Positions 19,614 to 28,211 of a stretch of DNA of 64,000 bases are shown one piece after another. The translations under genes and the position numbers were made by a program. Below the pieces are notes generated by a model. It was given only the letters and a program-made list of their open reading frames with translations. It did no database searches and was not told where the DNA came from. The first letter of the stretch is position 1; every line of letters begins with the position of its first letter. The stretch is from Candidatus Hydrogenedentota bacterium. Its GTDB lineage: Bacteria; Hydrogenedentota; Hydrogenedentia; Hydrogenedentales; JAEUWI01. The stretch is from assembly GCA_034669905.1 (NCBI GenBank), contig JAXMOL010000003.1:96001-160000 (forward strand). The letters run 5' to 3'.

Positions 19614-20821
19614 CGGTCCATAATTCAGAAGCGTCCGCCCGCCGAATGGGGGACGCGGTGTCTCCGCGAAAGCAGATTCTCTTCGTGGATGATGAGCCTA
19701 ACTTCCTCGCCGGCCTGCGCCGTATGTTGCGAAGCTACCGGGATCGGTGGGAGTTACATTTCGCCGAGGGGGTGGATGCCGCCCTCGCGCGTTGTCGTGA
19801 AATTGAATTCGACACCATCGTGTCGGATGTCAATATGCCGGAGCGCGATGGATTTGATTTGCTGGCCGCCCTGAAGCGCGATGCGCTGACCCGGGATATC
19901 CCGGTCATCATCCTGACGGGGAACGCGGAAAACGATCTGAAACGGCGGGCCCTGGACAATGGCGCGACCGACCTGCTGAACAAGCCGGTGAGTATGGAAG
20001 ATCTGACGGCCCGGTTGCGCAATGCCACCCGACTGAAAGAATACGAAGATATTTTGCGCAACCAGAATGTCGTGCTCGAAAAGAAGGTGCGGGAACGGAC
20101 CGCGGCGCTCGAGCATTCCCGCCTCGACATCATCTGGCGGCTCGCAAAAGCGGGGGAGTTTCGCGACGAAGATACGGGGGCGCACGTCATGCGGGTCGCG
20201 GCATGTTCCCGGGTTCTTTCGGAAACCATGGGGCTTGACCGTGACTTTACCGAGGCGCTCTTCACGACCAGTCCCCTCCATGATATCGGGAAGATTGGTA
20301 TTCCCGATGGTATTCTGTTGAAGTCGGGTAAACTGACGGTGGATGAACGCCACATGATGGAACGTCATTGTGAAATCGGGGCCGCCATCCTCCTGGAAAA
20401 ACCCCGGGGAACCGAATACTTCGATCTCCCCCACCCTGAGGTTGCGGAAGCATTGCATGAAGAACTCGGTTTTGGCTATGACCTGCGTATCCTGGCGGCA
20501 GAGTTGGCATTGACCCACCACGAAAAGTGGGATGGCAGCGGCTACCCCCGGGGCCTGGAGGGCAAGGCGATCCCCGTGAGTGGTCTGATTGTGGCCGTAG
20601 CGGATGTCTATGATGCACTCCGCTCCGTGCGGGCCTACAAGCCCGCTTTCTCCGTCGAGGAGACCGTCGCGAATATGATGAAGGGCAAGGGAACGCATTT
20701 CTCGCCGGAGGTACTGGAAGCCTTTGAGCAGTCCGTGGATACCTTTGAGGAAATTCGTCTTTGCCTGGATGATGTCGAGGAAACCGAAGGGGAGTCCGAT
20801 GAAACGAGTTCTATTCGTTGA
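19610..20821 (+). CDS. response regulator with HD-GYP cyclic-dinucleotide phosphodiesterase domain
   Basis: REC (FVDDE...SDVNMP...KP); HDIGKIGIPD and HHEKWDGSGYP; ADVYDALRSVRAYK. Confidence 0.93.
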   Translation: MTVHNSEASARRMGDAVSPRKQILFVDDEPNFLAGLRRMLRSYRDRWELHFAEGVDAALARCREIEFDTIVSDVNMPERDGFDLLAALKRDALTRDIPVIILTGNAENDLKRRALDNGATDLLNKPVSMEDLTARLRNATRLKEYEDILRNQNVVLEKKVRERTAALEHSRLDIIWRLAKAGEFRDEDTGAHVMRVAACSRVLSETMGLDRDFTEALFTTSPLHDIGKIGIPDGILLKSGKLTVDERHMMERHCEIGAAILLEKPRGTEYFDLPHPEVAEALHEELGFGYDLRILAAELALTHHEKWDGSGYPRGLEGKAIPVSGLIVAVADVYDALRSVRAYKPAFSVEETVANMMKGKGTHFSPEVLEAFEQSVDTFEEIRLCLDDVEETEGESDETSSIR

Positions 20822-22043
20822 CGACGAAATAAACGTGCTGAACGGATTGAAACGAAGTTTGCGGACCTGTGCCCGCGACTGGTCCATGAGTTTTTGTCAA
20901 TCGGGGGAAACTGCCCTGGAGGCCATGGAGAAGTTCCCTGATTTCGATGTGGTCGTCACCGATCTCAATATGGAAGGGATGAGCGGCGCGGACTTTCTGA
21001 TGCAGGTGCGCGAGAAGTTCCCCCAAACCGTCCGCTTTGTGCTGTCGGGCAGTACGGATGCCCAGTTGCTGTTGAAAGTGTCCAACGTGGCCCATCAGAC
21101 GCTGGGGAAGCCCTGCGAGCCATCCGCTCTGTACGAGGCCATATCTCGGGCCTTCGTGTTGCGCGATCAGCTCCAGAACGAGAACATGCGTAAAATCCTG
21201 AATCGCATGGGGGACTTGCCCGCCCTGCCGGTGCTCTATGAGCAGATTGTACAGGAGATGGTACGGGAAGATGCCTCCATCGGCCGCGTCGGTAAGCTCA
21301 TTGAGCAGGAGCCGGCCATGAGCACGAAAGTGCTCCAGATTGTAAATTCGGCCTACATGGGGGTTCGAAATCCCGTCTCCAACCTGGTGCAGGCCTGTTC
21401 CATGCTCGGCCTCGAAAATCTGAAAAATATCGTGCTGATGGCCGAGGTCTTTGATCTGAGTACGGTGGGAAGACTACCCAACGGATTCTCCATTGACGCC
21501 CTCTGGAAGCACTGCCTGGACGTGGGGGAAGGCGCCCGTCAGATCGCCTCCTATGAGACCGACGATAGAACAAGTATTGACCGGGCCTTTACCGCCGGCC
21601 TGCTTCATGAAGTGGGCCAGTTGATCATGGCCAGCCAGCTCTGCGAAGGTTTCGAGGAAGCCATTGCCCATGCCCAGGCCTCTCACCTGACGTTGATGGA
21701 TGCGGAGAAAGCCATACTGGGTGTGACCCATGCCCAGGTGGGCAGTTACCTCCTCGAACTCTGGGGATTGCCCGATCCCGTCGTGGAAGCGATTGCTTTT
21801 CACGCCTTTCCGTCAGCCTGTCCGGTTGCGGCCTATAGCCTGGTGGCCTCGGGGTATGACCTGGGAGAAGAACGGGAGTTCTCCCCCATTACCGCCGTAC
21901 ACGTGGCGAATTACTTTGCCGAAGAGCGGGATGCCCTGGGCTACATTCGGTCCGACGCGGATACGACCTTTCTCGAATCCCAGGGCTATCTCGAAAAAAT
22001 GGATGTCTGGTGGGATTGCTGCAATCCCGGCGGCGTGCATTGA
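20799..22043 (+). CDS. response regulator with HDOD domain
   Basis: MKRVLFVDDE REC; LPALP, KVLQIVNSAYMG, LWKHC, AGLLHEVG, THAQVGSYLLELWGLP HDOD motifs; overlaps the upstream stop. Confidence 0.92.
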   Translation: MKRVLFVDDEINVLNGLKRSLRTCARDWSMSFCQSGETALEAMEKFPDFDVVVTDLNMEGMSGADFLMQVREKFPQTVRFVLSGSTDAQLLLKVSNVAHQTLGKPCEPSALYEAISRAFVLRDQLQNENMRKILNRMGDLPALPVLYEQIVQEMVREDASIGRVGKLIEQEPAMSTKVLQIVNSAYMGVRNPVSNLVQACSMLGLENLKNIVLMAEVFDLSTVGRLPNGFSIDALWKHCLDVGEGARQIASYETDDRTSIDRAFTAGLLHEVGQLIMASQLCEGFEEAIAHAQASHLTLMDAEKAILGVTHAQVGSYLLELWGLPDPVVEAIAFHAFPSACPVAAYSLVASGYDLGEEREFSPITAVHVANYFAEERDALGYIRSDADTTFLESQGYLEKMDVWWDCCNPGGVH

Positions 22044-22058
22044 TTTCGACGAGAGGTC

Positions 22059-23270
22059 CTAGCGAAACAAATCGTCAAAGGCAACGGTCGGAAAGCTCTT
22101 GAGGGCCGAGTCGGGCGTGGCGTTTAAAATGGTGCGGCCATGCGCCACGGCCCATCGCTGCGCACAATCGAAATCCCGCTCCGCCTCTTCCGGCTCCGGG
22201 GGCAAAAACTGATTCTTTCCGCCATCCGTATAGGCCTCGGAAAAGTGGGTGGGCCGGGTCGCGTCATCGGTCGACCACAGGGCCGGGGCGCCCACCTGCT
22301 TGCTGTGGCGCTTCCACGTGCGTTGGGCGGCCAGGACCGATTCGTAGATTCGTCCGCCCCGGAGCCGACGGGTTATCCCCCGCCGGACGTGTCGGGCCCA
22401 CCGCGAATAACCCCGTTGCTTCAAGTCATACCGGTGATCCGTGCCGATCAGGATAATAGGATCACACCCCATCGTTGCGGCGATCTGGAGGAGCATGTAC
22501 GTGACCGTAAAGCCGACAAAGCACTGCTGGGGGGAATCAGAGAAAGCCCGGGCGCTGTGGCGGGGCCACAGGCAGGGCACGGGACAGGTGTTGGGGGCCT
22601 CCAACACGGAAGCGTATTCCAGGGGCAAAAATTTAACGGTCTCCTCGGGAAGCTGCGTCTCGTAGATGTCGTGATAGCGCTCAATCTGAAACTTGTCGTA
22701 AACACCCCAGTAACGAAACGGGAATCCCCATTGGGGATAGCCGAGAAAGCAGCGGTTCGAGCCGAAGGTGATTTCGTCCTTCAACCGCGACATATCCAAT
22801 TGCTGAAGACTGGGGCCATTGCCGACCACGAAACACCGCTCTCCCACGTGACGGTTGTGAAAGGAATCCAGGAGATGGGGCAGGGCGAGACGCTCTTCAC
22901 CACGGTGGGCGATGAAGCGCAGTTCGCGAAAGCCCCACTGCCACGCCTGCCGTATTAAGGGGCCATAAGGCGAGAAATCGGTCATGAGGGTCGCGGCCTG
23001 GTAACGCATGGGAACCCGATCCGGTGCCAGGGCGACGAGCAACACGGGGCACGCTTCGGCTCCAATGCGCTCCCGGAATGGTTCTGGAATGGGCTGCCCC
23101 GGCTCCAGCGGGACCAGCGAATGGATCACGGGAAAATCCGCCGCAATGGCGCAGGCGGCTTCATGGTCGGAGAGGAGGTATAGGCGGCCAGGGCCTTCCT
23201 GCTTCCGCAGCCAGCAGCGAAGCAGGTACGGATTCTCTTCACGGGGAAGATAGATAAAGGTGCTTACCAT
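22059..23270 (-). CDS. DUF115/Maf-like (MptE-like) protein, probable surface glycosyltransferase
   Basis: GERCFVVGNGPSL, ITFGSNR, TVTYMLLQIAATMGCDPIILIGTDH, ILNATPDSALKSF motifs. Confidence 0.8.
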   Translation of the reverse strand: MVSTFIYLPREENPYLLRCWLRKQEGPGRLYLLSDHEAACAIAADFPVIHSLVPLEPGQPIPEPFRERIGAEACPVLLVALAPDRVPMRYQAATLMTDFSPYGPLIRQAWQWGFRELRFIAHRGEERLALPHLLDSFHNRHVGERCFVVGNGPSLQQLDMSRLKDEITFGSNRCFLGYPQWGFPFRYWGVYDKFQIERYHDIYETQLPEETVKFLPLEYASVLEAPNTCPVPCLWPRHSARAFSDSPQQCFVGFTVTYMLLQIAATMGCDPIILIGTDHRYDLKQRGYSRWARHVRRGITRRLRGGRIYESVLAAQRTWKRHSKQVGAPALWSTDDATRPTHFSEAYTDGGKNQFLPPEPEEAERDFDCAQRWAVAHGRTILNATPDSALKSFPTVAFDDLFR

Positions 23271-23419
23271 CGGTGGGGTACTCCCGGGGCGGGGATTGCC
23301 GGGGAGGCGTTCAATGGTGTTGGGTTATTCAAGGAAGCGTCACTTTCCGGGGTCGGGGCCTGCTGGGATAGTAGCAGGCGGGCTCCGGCGGTGAAAAGTT
23401 TGTGTGCTCTGGTGGAAGG

Positions 23420-23456
23420 GGTGTGCAGCGTGGTGGTGTGGGCCACGCTGCACACC
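23420..23456. terminator. perfect 14-bp hairpin (terminator or REP-like) downstream of the small ORF on the - strand
   Basis: ggtgtgcagcgtgg-9 nt-ccacgctgcacacc; no strong U tract. Confidence 0.5.
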
Positions 23457-23525
23457 GGGGGAGAAGCGGGTCTGATACAGACCGCATCGCGAGAAAACGC
23501 GAAACTTGGTGCGGGTCGCGTTTCC

Positions 23526-23720
23526 TCAGAAGATCGAGAGCACCGCAGAACCCTGATCACCGTTGACCAGGACCCAGCTGTGTTGATAGAAGATGATGCC
23601 AAAGACGCAGAGGGAAGGTTGGCAGATGCGTGTGAATACTTTTTTCCCACAGAAGGTGGAGAGGTACCAGGCGCGGATGGGCGACTGGGTGCGAATAACG
23701 TTTTGCGCGGTGGAATTCAT
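23526..23720 (-). CDS. small hypothetical protein (64 aa)
   Basis: AGAGAAGG RBS, C/G-ending codons as in host genes, upstream sigma54-like promoter, downstream hairpin. Confidence 0.55.
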   Translation of the reverse strand: MNSTAQNVIRTQSPIRAWYLSTFCGKKVFTRICQPSLCVFGIIFYQHSWVLVNGDQGSAVLSIF

Positions 23721-23781
23721 GGCGTTGGACCTTCTCTAATCTGTTGGTTGTCTTGGAGCAACGTGTCAACAGATTACCTAA

Positions 23782-23797
23782 TGCCAGTCCTGTGCCA
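23782..23797 (-). promoter_or_regulatory. sigma54 (-24/-12) promoter for the small ORF
   Basis: TGGCACAGGACTGGCA on the - strand: GG-N10-GC, one mismatch to TGGCAC-N5-TTGCW. Confidence 0.6.
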
Positions 23798-23968
23798 AAT
23801 GTGTTGGGGCTTTTTCTAAGTGGTTTATGTGGCGTGCTTTATGGTGCATGGGTATGCGCGGTGTCTGTGTCGCTCTCCGTGGAGCGGTCCAATTCTTGTC
23901 CAAAATTGTACAAATTCTGCGCTTCCAGGCGGCGCCGTACAAATATGTCGATAATCGGGGCGCGCCTT

Positions 23969-24472
23969 CTATACGCCAAATTGTCGAAGATGGTGATCCA
24001 TGTGAACGCCATGGACCCGCGCCCACTTACGAAGGGGAATGTGACCGAGAAGGGGGCTGAAACCCCGTTGTTCGGGCGTCGCTTCCAATTGCTGGACAAA
24101 ACGGTCGATGGCTTCGGTACAGGCCTGCCGGGCGCCCGTCAGATCGTCTTGCGCTGCCGGGAAAAACGCCGGAGGAGCCTCCAATTTGCCCTTGGGCCAG
24201 TTGGTAAACCAGTTGAAGAAGAGCACCCACATGAGGAATCCGGGCATCGGTACGGGTAACTTTTCCGCCTCTCGCTCGCCGAGAGAGAGCTCCAACAGGA
24301 AGAGGAGGTGTCGGAGCGTTTCCTCCGGTGACATCGTTCCCCATTGCCGCTGGTCCACGGATTGGATTTGTTCTACCCGCGCCTTGAATGCGGCCCCACT
24401 CTCTTTATTCAAGTCCAGTTTAGCCACGAGCTGCTTCCTTTCGCGGTAGTCCTTCGGGTGCGATGGGTTCAC
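23969..24472 (-). CDS. DUF1569/DinB-like protein
   Basis: WGTMSPEETLRHL, FSPLLG, HMDHHLRQFGV C-terminus. Confidence 0.85.
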   Translation of the reverse strand: MNPSHPKDYRERKQLVAKLDLNKESGAAFKARVEQIQSVDQRQWGTMSPEETLRHLLFLLELSLGEREAEKLPVPMPGFLMWVLFFNWFTNWPKGKLEAPPAFFPAAQDDLTGARQACTEAIDRFVQQLEATPEQRGFSPLLGHIPLRKWARVHGVHMDHHLRQFGV

Positions 24473-24776
24473 GGCAATCTACCCCGGAGTCTACGGTGGA
24501 GTCAAGCGGGGGCGCTGGCGCCATAGTATGGCCGATAGGCCCGGTGGGCCAAATGACGGGGTATCATTTTTCGGGGGCGCGGGGGACCGTCTTAAGTGCC
24601 GGTTGTGAAAGGGGTTGACGAATTTCTGACACCTGCGGTTTTTTGGAAAGGGAGGGGGGAAAGTTACACGAATCGGTGTTTCGTGACAAATTTTGTTTCT
24701 GTTTTCCGGGGGCCCGGGGCGGGGTTCATCGGATAAGTAACGTGATGCCCGCGACATAGGCAGATCCGGCTGGAGG

Positions 24777-24792
24777 TGGCACATGACTTGCT
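24777..24792 (+). promoter_or_regulatory. sigma54 (-24/-12) promoter of the pilin gene
   Basis: TGGCACATGACTTGCT, exact match to TGGCAC-N5-TTGCW, 45 bp before the pilin ATG. Confidence 0.85.
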
Positions 24793-24837
24793 CCCAAGGG
24801 ACAGCAGCCTCATAACAAATCCCCGGGAGATAGTGAT

Positions 24838-25272
24838 ATGAAAAACAACAAGGGATTTACACTCATCGAATTGATGATAGTCGTCGAGATTATTGCCATA
24901 CTCGCCGCCATCGCGGTGCCCAATTATATCCGGACCCGAATTCAGGCCAATGAGGCCTCGGCCGTCGCGAGCCTCCGCGTGATACTGGATGCGGAAACGA
25001 ACTACAACACCCAGTACTATGTGTACGCGACGGATCTGGCGTCATTGACCAACGAAGATCCGCCGTTCCTAACCGGCGGTGACTGGACCGCCCCGAAGAA
25101 TGGATATACCTTTCGCGTGGAAGGGGACCCGCTGAATTTCATCGCCTATGCGACCCCGGTCGAGTTTAACGTGACCGGGTGGCACGGGTTTCTCATTGAC
25201 CAGACGGGGGCCATACGCTACGAAATCGGGCAGGAGCCCACGGTGACGAGTCCAACCATATCGGATATTTAG
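24838..25272 (+). CDS. type IV pilin (prepilin cleavage/methylation motif)
   Basis: MKNNKG|FTLIELMIVV, P22, ANEASAVASLR; short type IVa leader; GGGAGA RBS; sigma54 promoter as for pilA genes. Confidence 0.9.
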   Translation: MKNNKGFTLIELMIVVEIIAILAAIAVPNYIRTRIQANEASAVASLRVILDAETNYNTQYYVYATDLASLTNEDPPFLTGGDWTAPKNGYTFRVEGDPLNFIAYATPVEFNVTGWHGFLIDQTGAIRYEIGQEPTVTSPTISDI

Positions 25273-25312
25273 CATCGTCATTGGGTGGCATCACCAGCCG
25301 CGGGTTCGCCGT

Positions 25313-26140
25313 CTACTTCTCTGGATTGAGATAAAGGACGTCGAGCCGCCCGGTCAGATAGTCGAAGGCTTCATCAACGGAATCGCACACGTGGAAGAGT
25401 TCCAGATCTGTTTCGCTGATGGTGCCCCAGTCGACGAGGGCCTGAAAATTGAGCACGTCCTCCCAGTACTGTTTTCCATAGAGTACGATGGGCATGGGCT
25501 TGGACGATTTTTCCGTCTGCACGAGGGTGAGTACTTCGAAGAGTTCATCCATGGTGCCAAAGCCGCCGGGAAAGACGACGAAGCCCTTGGCCAGATAAAC
25601 GAACCAGAATTTTCGGACGAAGAAGTAGTGGAATTCAAAGGCCAACTCGGGGGTTTGATAGGGATTGCCCGCCTGTTCAAAGGGGAGACTGATATTGAGC
25701 GATACTGATTTTCCACCGGCCTCGTGGGCACCGCGGTTTGCCGCCTCCATGATGCCCGGGCCACCGCCTGAGCAAATCATAAAGCGGTATCCCGACTTGG
25801 GAAGTGCGGCATTCCACCGGGTCAGGCGCGCAGCCAGCTCTACCGCGTCTTGATAGTATTGGGCATGGAGCACGGCGCGCTCGGCCCGCTTGAGGGCGGC
25901 GCGGGCTGCTTCCGTGGGCATGGCTTCGGCTTCCAGGGCATCCTGCGCGGTCTGGCGTTGCACCTCGGCTTCCTCGGGGGGCAGGGTGCGGGCGGAACCG
26001 AAAAATACGATGGTGTCCCGCACACGGAGCTTCTGAAAACGACTGCGGGGTTCCACAAACTCGCACAAGACCCGGATGTGCCGGGCGTCGGGGGAGTTCA
26101 AAAAAGTGAGATTCTTGTATGCTTTTTCGGGGGCGGACAT
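25313..26140 (-). CDS. LOG-family (TIGR00730-like) nucleotide phosphoribohydrolase
   Basis: VFFGSAR, SGGGPGIMEAANRGA, FHYFFVRKFWF, PGGFGTMDELFE. Confidence 0.92.
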   Translation of the reverse strand: MSAPEKAYKNLTFLNSPDARHIRVLCEFVEPRSRFQKLRVRDTIVFFGSARTLPPEEAEVQRQTAQDALEAEAMPTEAARAALKRAERAVLHAQYYQDAVELAARLTRWNAALPKSGYRFMICSGGGPGIMEAANRGAHEAGGKSVSLNISLPFEQAGNPYQTPELAFEFHYFFVRKFWFVYLAKGFVVFPGGFGTMDELFEVLTLVQTEKSSKPMPIVLYGKQYWEDVLNFQALVDWGTISETDLELFHVCDSVDEAFDYLTGRLDVLYLNPEK

Positions 26141-26318
26141 GAAAATGATATTTCCTGGGGGAGATTGCAACCAATATTTGAGGCCCCGGTCACCTGCAAA
26201 ACTTGCAACGTGCGCCGTCCATATACCCTAATGGGTAAAGAGGATAGAACCCTGATACATAATGGGAGAGACTCTTGCACACCGCGCAGTCCAATCGCAA
26301 CTACCGCTGTATGACCCG

Positions 26319-27230
26319 ATGAAGGTGTTAGACCTTACGGGGCAGCGTATTTCTGATCGCTACGTGGTGAAAAAGACACTGGGCTACGGCGGTATGGGGA
26401 CCGTGTACCTGGTCTACGACGAGCGGCGTCTGCGCGATGTGGCCCTGAAACTGCTCCACGACAAGCACCGCGACCACGATTGGATCGTGGCCCGCTTCGC
26501 ACGGGAGGTGGATGTATTGCGTACGCTCGAACATCCCAATGTCGTGGATCTTATCGATGCCGGTCACGACGGCCGCATGCTGTATTACACGATGGAATAC
26601 ATCAAGGGCTATAACCTGCGGGAATGGATGTATCTCCAGAAAGAAATGGACTTTGGCTCCGTGGTCCACATCCTGTGCCTGACGGCGAAGGGGCTGAACT
26701 ACGTGCACCGGCGCTACATTCACCGGGACATTGCCCCGGAGAATGTGATGGTCTGTAAGGACGGCACCGTCAAGGTCATTGACTTTGGATTGGCGCGAAA
26801 GAACGTCTGTGATGAAGGCCTGACCATTATCGGCACCAATCTTGGCCGCACGGAATACAACGCTCCGGAGCAGGAGCGAAACGCCGCCATGGCAGATTTT
26901 CGCGCCGATATCTACCCCCTGGGTAAGATGCTCTATGAAATGATGACCGGTGATTTGCCGGCACGGGATGCCAGCCTGGAATCGCTCGCGGCCGATCTGC
27001 CACCGGGGTGTCTGCCCTTCTTACAGCGCACCCTCGCGATCGATCCCCAACGTCGTTACCGATCGGCGGCGGAAGCAGGTGCCGCCCTGCTGGCCATCTA
27101 TCAGGCGACCCAGCAATCCAGCGCGTCCAAGCCATCGCTGGCAACAGAAGCCACGGCACCGTCGGGTGGAAGTCTGTGGGTCCGCCTCGTCGGGGCAGCG
27201 CGGAAACTGTTCCGTCGCAAGGCGGCCTGA
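26319..27230 (+). CDS. Hanks-type serine/threonine protein kinase
   Basis: LGYGGMGTVY, VALK, HRDIAPEN, DFGLA, YNAPE; start may be 26262. Confidence 0.92.
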   Translation: MKVLDLTGQRISDRYVVKKTLGYGGMGTVYLVYDERRLRDVALKLLHDKHRDHDWIVARFAREVDVLRTLEHPNVVDLIDAGHDGRMLYYTMEYIKGYNLREWMYLQKEMDFGSVVHILCLTAKGLNYVHRRYIHRDIAPENVMVCKDGTVKVIDFGLARKNVCDEGLTIIGTNLGRTEYNAPEQERNAAMADFRADIYPLGKMLYEMMTGDLPARDASLESLAADLPPGCLPFLQRTLAIDPQRRYRSAAEAGAALLAIYQATQQSSASKPSLATEATAPSGGSLWVRLVGAARKLFRRKAA

Positions 27231-27233
27231 GCG

Positions 27234-28151
27234 TCAGTCCTGTTGCAGTTCATGGAGGTGGTAGGCCACGCTTTCCCCCAAGGCCTGAAGGTGATAGCCC
27301 CCCTCTAACAGCGACACGATACGGCCATTGGCGACCCCTTTAATCAGGCGGGTCATCTCTTTATAGGTCTCGGACTCCAGGCGTTGATTGGCGAGGGGAT
27401 CCAGGTGGTGGGCATCGAAACCGGCCGAGATCAGCAGGAATTCGGGGTCAAAGGCTTCAAAGGCAGGCAGCACATCTTCCTCGATGGCCGCAAGCCACGC
27501 ATCGGGGCCGCATTCCATGGTCATGCAGACATTCAGGTTGGTGTTTTTCTTGCCCCGTTCCGAAGGATGGCCCGTGCCGGGGTAGTGGGGATACTCGTGC
27601 AGGCTGCAATAAAAAATACTGTCATCGCTGTAGGTAATGTCCTGGGTGCCATTGCCATGGTGCACGTCCCAATCCAGGATGGCCACCCGCCTCACGCCCC
27701 CTTCGGTGCGCAGCCAACGTGCGGTAATGGCCGCGTTGTTGAAGAGGCAAAATCCCATCACCTTGTTGCGTTCGGCGTGATGCCCGGGGGGACGTACCGC
27801 GCAGAAGGCGTTATCTGCCGCCCCTTCCAAAACCAGCCGTGCCGCTTCGATGGCGCTACCCGCACCCAGTAGTGCCGCGTCCCACGAGCCGGGTCCCATG
27901 GTGGTGTCCGGGTCGGGAAAGGGCTCGCCCGAGAGGCAGTACTTCTGTACGAGCCCGATATGATCCTGGGAGTGGCACCGTGCCAAATCGTCGAGGGAGG
28001 CCTTTCGCTTAGCAACCGTCACCGCGGGCGAAAGACCCGCCGCCTCCATGGCGTGTTGAATCGCGATCATCCGCGCGGCGCTCTCTGGATGCCCCGCTCC
28101 CGTGTTATGTTTTTGCGATTCCTCGCATTGAAAAAAAGCCGTTCGTGCCAT
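27234..28151 (-). CDS. histone deacetylase family (Zn-dependent) deacetylase
   Basis: HPESAAR, RPPGHHA, GFCLFNN, DWDVHHGNGTQ, SAGFDAH, LEGGY. Confidence 0.95.
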   Translation of the reverse strand: MARTAFFQCEESQKHNTGAGHPESAARMIAIQHAMEAAGLSPAVTVAKRKASLDDLARCHSQDHIGLVQKYCLSGEPFPDPDTTMGPGSWDAALLGAGSAIEAARLVLEGAADNAFCAVRPPGHHAERNKVMGFCLFNNAAITARWLRTEGGVRRVAILDWDVHHGNGTQDITYSDDSIFYCSLHEYPHYPGTGHPSERGKKNTNLNVCMTMECGPDAWLAAIEEDVLPAFEAFDPEFLLISAGFDAHHLDPLANQRLESETYKEMTRLIKGVANGRIVSLLEGGYHLQALGESVAYHLHELQQD

Positions 28152-28211
28152 TGCGTCTACTACGTCCTTCCTTTCCCCGGGCCGTGCGAAGCCACTCACA
28201 AGCGCACGTGC

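Noticed and set aside
23391..23819. 142-aa + strand ORF in the 23.3-23.9 kb gap
   Set aside because: Runs through the hairpin and is antisense to the better-supported 64-aa ORF and its promoter
24856..25272. Electrically conductive pilin
   Set aside because: About 12% aromatic by manual count, but position 27 is Thr, no multiheme cytochromes are in the window, and the criterion is contested
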